NCBI RefSeq assembly: GCF_030144855.1
Contig: NC_082709.1
Span: forward strand, 80,538,001-80,602,000
From: Hypanus sabinus
Taxonomy: Eukaryota
Length of the DNA stretch: 64,000 bases
Direction: 5' to 3'
The stretch's first letter is position 1. Each line of letters starts with the position of its first letter. A model generated the notes under the pieces. The model was not told where the DNA came from and did no database searches. It saw nothing but the letters and a program-made list of their open reading frames with translations. Made by a program: the position numbers and the translations under genes. Shown here piece by piece: positions 63,851 to 64,000 of this stretch.

Positions 63851-64000
63851 ATTTTGACAAACAAGATCTGAAACTGTTATTTATTAGAAAACTCAGTGTC
63901 TTGTTTCCATTTGTGAGTAATGAACTGAACAGATTCCTGGCAACTGACGCATCGACGCAAAGTGGGATTCTCCGGATTTCCGTTCCGAATATCCATGCCC

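Overview
Repeat-rich vertebrate genomic DNA, most likely a cartilaginous fish (possibly a ray; inferred from the CR1/Rex1/Penelope/V-SINE repeat landscape and the gene structure, not proven). The window holds a tandem cluster of intron-containing type I interferon genes that the ORF track only shows as fragments. I spliced four apparently intact 4-exon genes by hand, all with phase-0 GT-AG introns, a signal peptide, the conserved cysteines and the CAWE motif: IFN-A (minus, 3840-9475, 186 aa), IFN-B (plus, 11788-15508, 196 aa), IFN-C (plus, 24676-26984, 186 aa) and a divergent IFN-E (plus, 61272-63603, 182 aa). There is also a pseudogene D (~28020-32934: promoter kept, coding exons 1-2 lost, frameshifted exon 3), an older relic F (~53770-54753), and the upstream flank of a probable further paralog just left of the window. 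A and B are head-to-head. A, B and C share an almost identical promoter/exon 1/exon 2 module but have diverged, mosaic exons 3-4. Promoters carry IRF, NF-kB-like and TATA elements. The rest is transposon debris: CR1, Rex1/L2, L1, R4/Dong, Gypsy, solo LTRs with TSDs, V-SINEs, and Penelope-like elements carrying minimal hammerhead ribozyme motifs. The letters A-F are my own labels.
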